A stretch of 64,000 bases of DNA from NCBI GenBank assembly GCA_029210545.1, contig JARGFV010000001.1, forward strand, positions 3,500 through 67,499, given 5' to 3'. This DNA is from a bacterium (GTDB taxonomy: Bacteria; BMS3Abin14). The translations under genes were made by a program, and so were the position numbers. Under the pieces are notes generated by a model. The model was not told the DNA's origin, did no database searches, and was given only the letters and a program-made list of their open reading frames with translations. This document shows, in pieces, positions 19,539 through 29,160 of this stretch. The stretch's first letter is position 1. Each line of letters begins with the position of its first letter.

Positions 19539-19967
19539 CTAGGAATCTGTCGGAGAACCTCCCTGTTTTTAACAGGGAGGGCACAGACTCCTAGCTGGAG
19601 TTTGTCGGAACATATTTTTTTGAGTCTTTTTTTATATAATACCTTGTGTTAACAATGACTTGCAATCTTCACCCGCAACTTTGACAGGGTCGCAAAAAGT
19701 CCAATCCGGGACTTTTCGCTCCACGGAAAGGGAAAAGCGTCATTTTCCCTTTCCTCACGGATCGCTGACATGATTTCCGGTCATCGATCCGGGCGCCCTT
19801 CCCAAGCGCGGCTAGTCATTGATTTGGGCGCCCCGCGCGGGGCGCGTTGATGACTTTTTGCGGGTCCATCAACTTTATCACCTGTTGATCTGAAGGCAAA
19901 AAGCATTAGAAAAGTCGTTCCGACAAACTTTTACGCAGCGTGTCAGGGTTTTCCGACACGCTGCTAG
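19539..19967 (+). repeat. Family-2 MITE-like element, copy a, carrying a nested family-1 element
   Basis: Left TIR/hairpin CTAGGAATCTGTCGGAGAACC...GACTCCTAG. Right end CAGCGTGTCAGGGTTTTCCGACACGCTGCTAG. Internal sequence matches the copy at 59563. Confidence 0.65.
19683..19880 (+). repeat. Family-1 MITE-like element, copy C (nested in family-2 copy a)
   Basis: Begins GACAGGGTCGCAAAAAGTCC and ends GACTTTTTGCGGGTCCATCAAC. Contains all five hairpin modules. Confidence 0.75.
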
Positions 19968-20240
19968 CGTGACGAAGACGGACCTGTCACGCCATAGCTC
20001 GTAGAGCGACAGCGGAAGCCATTAGCGACGCCCCAAAGCTAAGACGGAAGACGCAGGCAATCTGGAGCCTTTCGAGGATCACAAGAGTGCACCAGATACG
20101 AGGCTCGACTGAGGAGCCAACTGGAGGCGTATATGGAACATACTTCGAGGTTGCCGACGATGGAGTACGAAGCCCATTAGGGTCCCGAGCGAAGTCGAGG
20201 GATAGATGGCGTGCTATTGGGAGCCGTTATTACCCCCCCC
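19968..20240 (+). repeat. Family-3 dispersed repeat, copy 1
   Basis: Segment 20186-20233 matches 59145-59189 in inverted orientation with 5 mismatches in 45 nt. Further blocks match with indels. Confidence 0.55.
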
Positions 20241-21323
20241 TCACCTCCGCCTTTTATATCCGGCGATGATCCCAAACCCCAGCCACGTGACGACCAGGCT
20301 CGACCCCCCATAACTCAAAAGCGGCATCGGCAAACCCACCACCGGCAAAAGCCCCGCGGCCATGGCCACGTTGATGGCCGCCTGCATGGCGAAAGCAAAG
20401 GTGATGCCCACCACCACCAGGAGGGAAAACCTCGTCCTGGTGAACTCCACAAAACTCAACAGGTAAAGGGAAAGGAAAAGGACCAGCCCGAGCACCAGGA
20501 GGACCCCGAGGAACCCGAACTCCTCGGCAAGGACCGAGATGATGAAATCGGTGTGCTGTTCGGGGATGAACCGGAGCTGGGACTGGGTCCCCTGCTGGAA
20601 CCCCTTTCCGAGAAGCCCGCCTGATCCGATGGCGATCTTCGACTGGACAACGTGATAGCCGGTGCCGAGGGGGTCCCTCTCGGGACTCAGAAAGTTGAGG
20701 ATCCGGTTCCTCTGGTACTCCTTCAGTGCGAAAAAGAGGGAAGGCACTGCTGCCGCTGCCACAAGGGAAAGGGTGAGAATGGTCGACCAGCGAACTCCCA
20801 CGAACAGGATCATGGCGGCGGAAATAAGGACCAGGAACATGGCGGTACCCAGGTCAGGCTGGGCGGCGACAGGGACAGCGTAGCCGGCAACCATCAGCAG
20901 CGGGATGGCGATCCCCTCCAGGCCGTAGGGCGGCTGAGCCTTCTGCCTGTTGAAGTAGCGGGCCAGCGCAAGGATAAGGATGATCTTGGCCATTTCTGAG
21001 GGCTGGAACGTCAGCCCTCCGGCATGGACCCACCTCTGCACCCCTCCCGACCACTTCCCCGCCACCGCGAGTCCGACGAGGACGGCAAACATCATACCGT
21101 AGAGCACATATGCTCCGCGCTGTAGATGCCGGCGGTCGGCGAAGTAGCCGAGAAAAAAAGCAGCCAAACCGATGGCAAGCCAGTATGCCTGACGGCCGCC
21201 GTAATGTTGGAAGGGCCCGCCCCGGGTGGCCGAACGGATGACCATGATGCCGATTCCCGACAGGGCAACGGCACACCCTACCAGGATCGCATCCACCCGC
21301 ATGGGGTTCCACAAACCTCTCAC
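20241..21323 (-). CDS. rodA: SEDS-family peptidoglycan glycosyltransferase RodA
   Basis: FtsW/RodA motifs (GSGGLLGKGF, FIPEQHTDFI). Lies immediately downstream of mrdA. Confidence 0.85.
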   Translation of the reverse strand: MRGLWNPMRVDAILVGCAVALSGIGIMVIRSATRGGPFQHYGGRQAYWLAIGLAAFFLGYFADRRHLQRGAYVLYGMMFAVLVGLAVAGKWSGGVQRWVHAGGLTFQPSEMAKIILILALARYFNRQKAQPPYGLEGIAIPLLMVAGYAVPVAAQPDLGTAMFLVLISAAMILFVGVRWSTILTLSLVAAAAVPSLFFALKEYQRNRILNFLSPERDPLGTGYHVVQSKIAIGSGGLLGKGFQQGTQSQLRFIPEQHTDFIISVLAEEFGFLGVLLVLGLVLFLSLYLLSFVEFTRTRFSLLVVVGITFAFAMQAAINVAMAAGLLPVVGLPMPLLSYGGSSLVVTWLGFGIIAGYKRRR

Positions 21324-23191
21324 CGCGCTCCCCCTGCTTCCACCGCTCCGGAAATGTTTTCAGGATAATACTCGGCGTACCGCTTGAACATCCGCGCCAC
21401 GATGGGCGCGGCAGCCGAAGAACCGTGCCCTCCATGTTCGACCACCACTGCCGCAGCCACCCGGGGCCTGTCCACCGGGGCGAAGGCCGCGAACCACGCG
21501 TGGTCTTTCAGTTCATAGGGGATATTTCCCTCACCCCCGGCCACCGATTCCTGGAGTCTCACGACCTGGGAGGTGCCGGTCTTCCCCGCTACCGGGATGC
21601 CTGAGATGCGGGCGATCCGTCCCGTTCCCCTGTCGTCGGAAACCACCCCCTCGAGAGCTTTCACGATCCGATCCCACACCTCCTGTCCGATCTCCGACTC
21701 TCTCCTGACTGCAGGGTCCCTGCGGTACAGTTCCTGCCCCTTAACATCCTCACACCGGCTCACAATGAACGGGTCCATCTGGACACCCCGCCTGGCCACC
21801 GTGGCGTAAAGGGCCGCCAGCTGAAGAGGCGTCACCAGCACGTAACCCTGGCCGATGGCCGCGGACAGGGTCTCCCCTGGAAACCACACCTCGCCCCTGG
21901 AGTTCAACTTCCAGTCCGGGGAGGGAACGAGGCCCACAGCCTCGCCCGGGATGTCGATCCCCGTTTTCCGCCCCAGTCCGAGGGCCGAAGCCCAGCGTGC
22001 CATGGCATCGATCCCCATCCTCTCCCCGACCTGGTAGAAATAGACATCGCACGACTCCACCACGGCACGCTGCAGGTCCACCTTTCCATGCCCCTGCGGT
22101 TTCCAGTCCCTGTAGACCCTTTTTCCGTAGCTGTACCCGCCGGAACAGAGGAGGCGTTCATCAGGGTCTATAGCGCCTTCCATGAGAGCGGCAATGGCAG
22201 TGACGACCTTGAAGGTGGAACCGGGCGGGTACATCCCCTGCACAGCCCTGCTCTGCAGGGGGTGGCCGGGGTCGAGGATGATCTCGTTCCACCGCTCATC
22301 AGTAAGACGAAGGGAAAATTCATTGGGGTCGAAGGCCGGCGTGCTCACCATGGCCAGGACTTCTCCCGTGGTCGCATCGAGGAAAACGCCGGCCCCTCTC
22401 ATCCCGGAAAGTTCCTGCTCCAGAGCCTTCTGGAGGCGAAGGTCGATAGTCAGGGTCAGGTTCGCGCCAGGGACAGGCTCTGTGGCTCCCAGGATATTGA
22501 GTTCCCTTCCACGGGCGTCTACCTCGACCTGCCGCCCGCCATCGCGCCCCGTGAGAAAACGGTCATAGGCAAGCTCCAGGGCGTACTTTCCTACCGTGTC
22601 CCCCTTGCGAATCCCCTCATAACGGCCCGAGTCCAGCTGAGCCCTCGAGATCTCGCCAACATAACCGAGGAGATGTGCCGCCACCTGACCGTAAGGATAA
22701 TACCTTCGCGGAACCACGACCAGGCGGGATCCCGGGAACCTCTCCTGGTCGGCTTCGAAAAGGGCGACCTCAACATCCTCCAGGTGCTCGAATATCCGGA
22801 CGGCCCGGTAGGGCGCTCCCGAGGAACTGCCCTTGAAAAGAGCGACCGCCTCCTTCGGGTCCCTTCCCAGCAAACGGGCAAGGGAGAGGATCTGACCTTC
22901 CCTGTCCTTGTCCATGTCCTCGGGAATGAGAGCGATCGAGTATTCAGGGCTGCTGTCGGCGAGGATCACACCGTTGCGGTCGGTGATGATCCCCCTGGTG
23001 GCCTTCATCTCGACGAGGCGGATCCGGTTGTTGTCAGCCAGTTTCTGGTAGCGGGAGTGCTGAAGGACCTGCAGATGCCAGAAGTAGAGGAGGATCAGGA
23101 GAAAGACCAGGGTGATGACGCCCATGGTGACGGCCAACCTGCGCTCGATACCCTGCAGCGTCTCACCGGGTCGCTTTGAGAACGAACCCAT
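21320..23191 (-). CDS. mrdA: Penicillin-binding protein 2 (transpeptidase)
   Basis: SxxK STFK and the KTG triad KTGTSQ. N-terminal TM anchor. Lies in the mre operon. Confidence 0.85.
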   Translation of the reverse strand: MGSFSKRPGETLQGIERRLAVTMGVITLVFLLILLYFWHLQVLQHSRYQKLADNNRIRLVEMKATRGIITDRNGVILADSSPEYSIALIPEDMDKDREGQILSLARLLGRDPKEAVALFKGSSSGAPYRAVRIFEHLEDVEVALFEADQERFPGSRLVVVPRRYYPYGQVAAHLLGYVGEISRAQLDSGRYEGIRKGDTVGKYALELAYDRFLTGRDGGRQVEVDARGRELNILGATEPVPGANLTLTIDLRLQKALEQELSGMRGAGVFLDATTGEVLAMVSTPAFDPNEFSLRLTDERWNEIILDPGHPLQSRAVQGMYPPGSTFKVVTAIAALMEGAIDPDERLLCSGGYSYGKRVYRDWKPQGHGKVDLQRAVVESCDVYFYQVGERMGIDAMARWASALGLGRKTGIDIPGEAVGLVPSPDWKLNSRGEVWFPGETLSAAIGQGYVLVTPLQLAALYATVARRGVQMDPFIVSRCEDVKGQELYRRDPAVRRESEIGQEVWDRIVKALEGVVSDDRGTGRIARISGIPVAGKTGTSQVVRLQESVAGGEGNIPYELKDHAWFAAFAPVDRPRVAAAVVVEHGGHGSSAAAPIVARMFKRYAEYYPENISGAVEAGGAR

Positions 23192-23193
23192 GA

Positions 23194-23709
23194 CTAGTCT
23201 CCCAGCCTGATCTCCTCCTCTGGCCGGATCCCGAAGGAGGTTTCAAACCGATCGAGGAGAATATGGATGAACAAGGCTGCGGCAGTGTTGCCCGTAAGGG
23301 CCCAGAGGAACTCGGCAGACAGCAGGGGAGGGTAAGGCTGCGCGAACAGGACCAGGGTGGAGATCTTGACGAGGAGAAAGGCAAGAACCGCTCCCGCGAT
23401 GGAGATCGATCTGTGTGCGGTGCTGCGAACGAAAAATTTTTCCCTCAACAACCCTCCCGTAAACCCGGCCACGACCATGGCCATTCCGTTGAACCCCAGG
23501 ACCCCTCCACTCAGGGCGTCCTGGAGATAACCGAGGATCAGACCCGACACCATCCCGGAACTCTTGCCCCGGGTCAAGGCGATGTGAACCACGATCACGA
23601 GGGGAAGGTCGACACCCTGGGTCACCCACTGCGGGAAGATCATCGGGATCCCGGCAGACTGGAGCAGGAGGGCCAGGGCAAAGAGTAAGGGCAGGTACAG
23701 GAACCTCAT
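23194..23709 (-). CDS. mreD: Rod shape-determining protein MreD
   Basis: Small polytopic membrane protein following mreC. Confidence 0.75.
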   Translation of the reverse strand: MRFLYLPLLFALALLLQSAGIPMIFPQWVTQGVDLPLVIVVHIALTRGKSSGMVSGLILGYLQDALSGGVLGFNGMAMVVAGFTGGLLREKFFVRSTAHRSISIAGAVLAFLLVKISTLVLFAQPYPPLLSAEFLWALTGNTAAALFIHILLDRFETSFGIRPEEEIRLGD

Positions 23710-24560
23710 TCCCCGATCTCCACCGGTTGGGGTCGAATGATGAGGACATCCTCGAGACGTGTCAGAGGCGCTTTGGGCAGCATCTTGGCATACTGGTAGA
23801 GCCCGTAATTCTTCTTCAGGACCTGGGTGATCTTCCCGATCTCGATTCCCCTGGGGTAAACCCCCGCCAGACCGCTGGTGATGACGGTATCCTCCTCCCG
23901 CACATCCTCGGTACGGTCGAGATACTTAAGCTGGCAGGTACCCGAGTTCTCTCCTTCCAGGACAGCCCGGGCTCTTGAACGGCTCGCCAGTACGGGGACC
24001 CTGGAAGAACGGTCGATGATAAGCCTGACAATGGAGCTGTGAGGGGCGACAGCCATGACCCTTCCCACCAGTCCGTCCGGCACGACGACGGGCATGCCCC
24101 TTTCGACCCCCTCTTCGGATCCCCGGTTGACGACGATGGTCCTGGTCCATGGATCGGGAGACTCACCGATGACCCGGGCCGCCATCCCTGTCAAACCGGC
24201 CTCCGACCGGTAGATCGCAAACTCTTCCAGGCGCCCGGCACGGTAAAGTTCCTCCCTCACCTCCTGGATCTCGCTCCGGAGCCGGTTGATCTCCTCCCTG
24301 AGAAGCTCGTTCTCGGTCCTGGTGTCTACGAGGAACAGGTAATCGTTCCAGAATCCGTTGACACCGCCCACAACCGCGCCAAGGGCCGCCTGAAAGGGGG
24401 AGATGACGGTGATAACGCTCCGCCGGAAATAGCTCATACCGGTGGGATCACGAACCTGCCTTGAGATGGCGATCAGGGAAAGGATGACCAGGACCGCCAG
24501 AAGCAGCCCTTCCCTGTGGCGCGTCAGGAAATCGCGCATGGGGCTGCCCGGGGCCGGCAT
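23706..24560 (-). CDS. mreC: Rod shape-determining protein MreC
   Basis: N-terminal TM and coiled coil, followed by MreC beta-domains. Confidence 0.8.
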   Translation of the reverse strand: MPAPGSPMRDFLTRHREGLLLAVLVILSLIAISRQVRDPTGMSYFRRSVITVISPFQAALGAVVGGVNGFWNDYLFLVDTRTENELLREEINRLRSEIQEVREELYRAGRLEEFAIYRSEAGLTGMAARVIGESPDPWTRTIVVNRGSEEGVERGMPVVVPDGLVGRVMAVAPHSSIVRLIIDRSSRVPVLASRSRARAVLEGENSGTCQLKYLDRTEDVREEDTVITSGLAGVYPRGIEIGKITQVLKKNYGLYQYAKMLPKAPLTRLEDVLIIRPQPVEIGE

Positions 24561-24564
24561 GGGA

Positions 24565-25611
<1,047 letters not shown>

Positions 25612-26022
25612 TCAAGATCACTCCCCGTACAGGCCGGGGGGAAGAAAAATCGTAAAAAATTACGGTGGAAACCGGGATTATGGGTCAGCGGTGGATGCGA
25701 CAGGATCACCCGGCCCTTGAATCTGCGAATACTAGCAGAACAGTCCTGCCATTTCAATGTCCACAACGCCCCAAGAGCCCATTTTTTATCTTTTTCCGCG
25801 AAACTCACACCGCAATCGCGCCAGGAGTTTCATGGATAATAAATCCTTCGTCCTGATTTCCGGAATGATGGAAGAGATTTGCTTCCTCGCCGGTTGTCGT
25901 TTCTCCCTTTCTCTCCCTCACCCGCTCTCCCACTCGGGTCTTTTCTCCGTGTCCCCCTTTCCCGCCCGCGCCCAGCTTTTTCCTCCCTCCTCCCTCCTGC
26001 CTCCTCCCTGCCCTTCCCCCAC

Positions 26023-26050
26023 TTGCAATCGGTATTCTTTTCCTTATAAT
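26023..26050 (+). promoter_or_regulatory. sigma70-like promoter upstream of ppiD
   Basis: TTGCAA at 26023-26028, a 16-nt spacer, then TATAAT at 26045-26050. Confidence 0.5.
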
Positions 26051-26148
26051 GTCCGATTGCCCGGCCATGTATCAACCCGGGTCCGCACGACAGCCACTTC
26101 GGACGAAGTTGCCGGGGGATTCCGGGTACACCAACGGAGGGAATACCG

Positions 26149-28053
26149 ATGCTCGAGTTCATGAGAAAAAACGCCGGATCGTGGGTCATCAAGATCCTGC
26201 TCTTCGGTATCGTGATCGTCTTTGCATTCTGGGGGGTTGGTTCATACTCGAACCGGGACGCCAACACGGTCCTGACAATCGGCGACGTCCGGGTTCCCTA
26301 CAACGAGTATCGAGACATGTACAACACCCTGGTCGAAACCTACCGGGGAATCTACGAGAACCTGGATTCGGCCACCCTGGATTTCCTTGATATCAGGGGA
26401 CAGGCCGTGGAGAAGCTCAAGGAGCGATACCTGCTTCTGGAAGCGGCCCGCCGCCTTGACGTGGACGTTGCGGGTGAGGAGGTAGCGGCCCGGATAGCCA
26501 ACACACCGGCTTTTCAGGAGAATGGGGGGTTCTCCCCGCGGAGGTACCAGCTTTTTCTGGACATTAACCGGATGACCCCCGAGGCCTATGAATCGTCCCT
26601 TGCCAGGGAGATCGCTATTGGCAAGGTCACAACTCTTATCCGCTCCACGGCAGTTATCACTCCCCAGGAGGTGAATGACAACCTCCATCTCCTGACGCGC
26701 AAGGCCAGAACCAGGATCCTCCGGTTCGACCCAAACGATTTTGTTCGCGACCTCCCCGAACCTGTCGAAGAGGAACTGATGGACTTTTTCGAGGTGAACA
26801 TCGAATCGTACCGGATCCCGGAAATGTTCCGGCAGAACATAGCCATCATCGACCCCGCACAGGCCGAACCTGACGCTGCAGTGACCGTGGAGGAGATCGA
26901 GGACTGGTATGAGGACCAGGAAGCGGAGTACACCGAACCGGCCGCCTACAGGATCAGCCACATCCTCTTCGCCCTACCCCGCGATGCCTCAGCCGAGAGC
27001 ATCAGTGCCGTCAGGGTCCGGGCTGAGGAAGTTGTCGGGAGGATCAGGGATGGCAAGATCGATTTTGCCAGCGCGGTCCGGCAATACTCGGATGACGTGG
27101 CATCCTCCGGAAAGGGAGGCAACCTGGGGCTTTTCAAGGAAGGCGAGATGGACCGCTCCATCAGGGACGCCGTCAGCGGCCTTGAGACTGATGAAGTCAC
27201 CGATCCGATCCCGACTTCCAGCGGATTCGAGGTGATCCGGCTCGACAGTTTCCGCGAGAGCAGGCTCATCCCCTTCGATGAGGTCCGCAACGCCATCGAG
27301 AAACAGATTCGGAAGGAAAAGGCTTTCGAGATCTCATACGACCTGGCTGACGATCTCCTGGATGAGGTGCTCGGTTCGGACGAGTCCCTCGATAAACTGG
27401 CCAAAGCCAGGGGACTCATGACCATCACCACGCCCCTTTTCAGCCGGGATTCCGCTCTGGAGACAATGGAATTGCCCGCTGAGCTGCTGAAAGCTGCCTT
27501 TGACACCGAGGTGGATGAGGTCGGAGACATCTACGAGCGGGGAGGCAAACTGTACCTGTTCCAGACCATTGAGAGGAACCCATCCTACCTGCCTGAACTG
27601 GACAAGGTCAGGGATAATGTACTGGGAAGCTTTCTTGTCAGCAAAGCCATGGACCTGGCCCTTGCCAGGGCTCAGGAGTTCCGTGAGGCTCTCGAGGGCG
27701 GCCGTTCTCTTGCCTCCATGGCAAGGGATATGAAAAGGCAGCCCATCGAACCGGAACCGTTCACCATCCTGGACGCCTCCATCGCCGGGGTCGACGATGC
27801 CGAACCTGTCATCCACACCGCCTTCGCCATCGGTCAGCCCGGAGGATCAGCTGTCGCCTCCGGACGTCAGGCCCACTACCTAGTGATCCTTGACGGGTTC
27901 GTGGACGCCGATGAAGCGGAGCTTGCCGAAAAACGGGCCACTGTTGAGGAGTCCCTCAGGTCCCAGCGGGAACTGGACCTTCTCAACGGCTACATCCAGG
28001 CCCTCAAGGATGAGATGGCGGACCAGATCGTGGTAAACGAACAACTGCTTTAA
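26149..28053 (+). CDS. ppiD: Periplasmic chaperone / peptidyl-prolyl isomerase PpiD-like
   Basis: N-terminal anchor MLEFMRKNAGSWVIKILLFGIVIVFAFWG, typical of PpiD. SurA-like and parvulin-like regions follow (GGNLGLF...). Confidence 0.75.
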   Translation: MLEFMRKNAGSWVIKILLFGIVIVFAFWGVGSYSNRDANTVLTIGDVRVPYNEYRDMYNTLVETYRGIYENLDSATLDFLDIRGQAVEKLKERYLLLEAARRLDVDVAGEEVAARIANTPAFQENGGFSPRRYQLFLDINRMTPEAYESSLAREIAIGKVTTLIRSTAVITPQEVNDNLHLLTRKARTRILRFDPNDFVRDLPEPVEEELMDFFEVNIESYRIPEMFRQNIAIIDPAQAEPDAAVTVEEIEDWYEDQEAEYTEPAAYRISHILFALPRDASAESISAVRVRAEEVVGRIRDGKIDFASAVRQYSDDVASSGKGGNLGLFKEGEMDRSIRDAVSGLETDEVTDPIPTSSGFEVIRLDSFRESRLIPFDEVRNAIEKQIRKEKAFEISYDLADDLLDEVLGSDESLDKLAKARGLMTITTPLFSRDSALETMELPAELLKAAFDTEVDEVGDIYERGGKLYLFQTIERNPSYLPELDKVRDNVLGSFLVSKAMDLALARAQEFREALEGGRSLASMARDMKRQPIEPEPFTILDASIAGVDDAEPVIHTAFAIGQPGGSAVASGRQAHYLVILDGFVDADEAELAEKRATVEESLRSQRELDLLNGYIQALKDEMADQIVVNEQLL

Positions 28054-28164
28054 TAAAAGTATCCAGTAGTCAGTAAACAGAGGTCAGTAGAAAAAGCAAA
28101 GACCCGGTTGCCGTTGGCGACCGGGTCTTATTACCTTTACTGATCAATGCCTACCGGATACTGA

Positions 28165-29160
28165 TTACTGCCTACTGATTACTTTTCTCAGCACCCACAT
28201 CCCCTTCTCATCTGTGTAGCTTTGCACTCTTCCATCCACAACCTCGACCTGGAGCTGCTTTCCGATGCCGGGTGAGGCCTCGAGAAACCTTTCCTCCAGA
28301 GCCTTCACACCTTTATCTTCCAGTCCGACCCTCCGTGCCCACTCCTCGAAGGGATGGGTACGGCTGAACAGATCAAAAGAGACGACCTCCAGACCAGCCT
28401 GGGCGATCAACCCTGCCCACCCATTGACCGTATCCGACCTGACGTGACTCGGATCACGCTGTCGCTCCACCTCGTTGAGGAACCTGTCACATTCCGGGTC
28501 ATCTGGAACGATACTGTCGATGATCACGGCACAGCCATCCCTGGCCAGGACACGCCTGACCTCGCGCAGGAAATTTTTCAGGGAGGGGAAATGATGTGGC
28601 GCGACGCGGCAGGTCAGAAGCTGGATACAACCGTTACCTAGGAGCCTGTCGGAGAACCCCATGCAGGCTCCTAGATATAGTTTTTCGGAAGTAGCATTTA
28701 GACCGAAAAAAACAAATATATGGCACATTTGGTAATTCACCGGAGTTATTTACCGGTTTAATGCTCTTGTTTTCAAGAAAAGACCCAAAAAAGGGCTTTC
28801 CGAAAAACCTACAGCAGCGTGTCAAGAGGTTTTCCGACACGCTGCCAGGGGCAGGTTCTCGGCCGACGACTGGACCAGCATCAGGTCCGTGATCCCGATC
28901 CCGGCAAGGTGTGTCCTCGTCACCTGGAGCATCTCCATGGTCAGGTCCAGCCCAATGCAGCGGCCCGACAGGGGAGCCGCCGCTCTTAACGCATGTCCGG
29001 CTCCCGTCGCGACATCCACGGTCAATGCCGGGCAATGCTCATACGCCACCTTCCGGATAAGGGCAAGGTCCGGTCCCGTTCCATGATCGGAACTCGAAAG
29101 ATATCTGTCGGCACTTGCCGAGAAGGTATTCCGCGGATCACTGCTCCGGGCGGAGGTCAC
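28165..29160 (-). pseudogene. Class I SAM-dependent methyltransferase (UbiE/Methyltransf_11-like) split by a family-2 MITE
   Basis: N-terminal half (motif I VDVATGAGHA ... SSAENLPL) runs from a GTG start at 29160 to 28846. GTG and the rlmD stop share the GTGA overlap. C-terminal half (GNGCIQLLTCRVAPHHF ... ) resumes at 28638. Removing 28639-28845 (207 nt) rejoins both halves in frame. Confidence 0.7.
28638..28848 (+). repeat. Family-2 MITE-like element, copy b, inserted in a methyltransferase gene
   Basis: Left hairpin CTAGGAGCCTGTCGGAGAACCCCATGCAGGCTCCTAG. AT-rich core. Right hairpin CAGCAGCGTGTCAAGAGGTTTTCCGACACGCTGCC. Confidence 0.75.
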
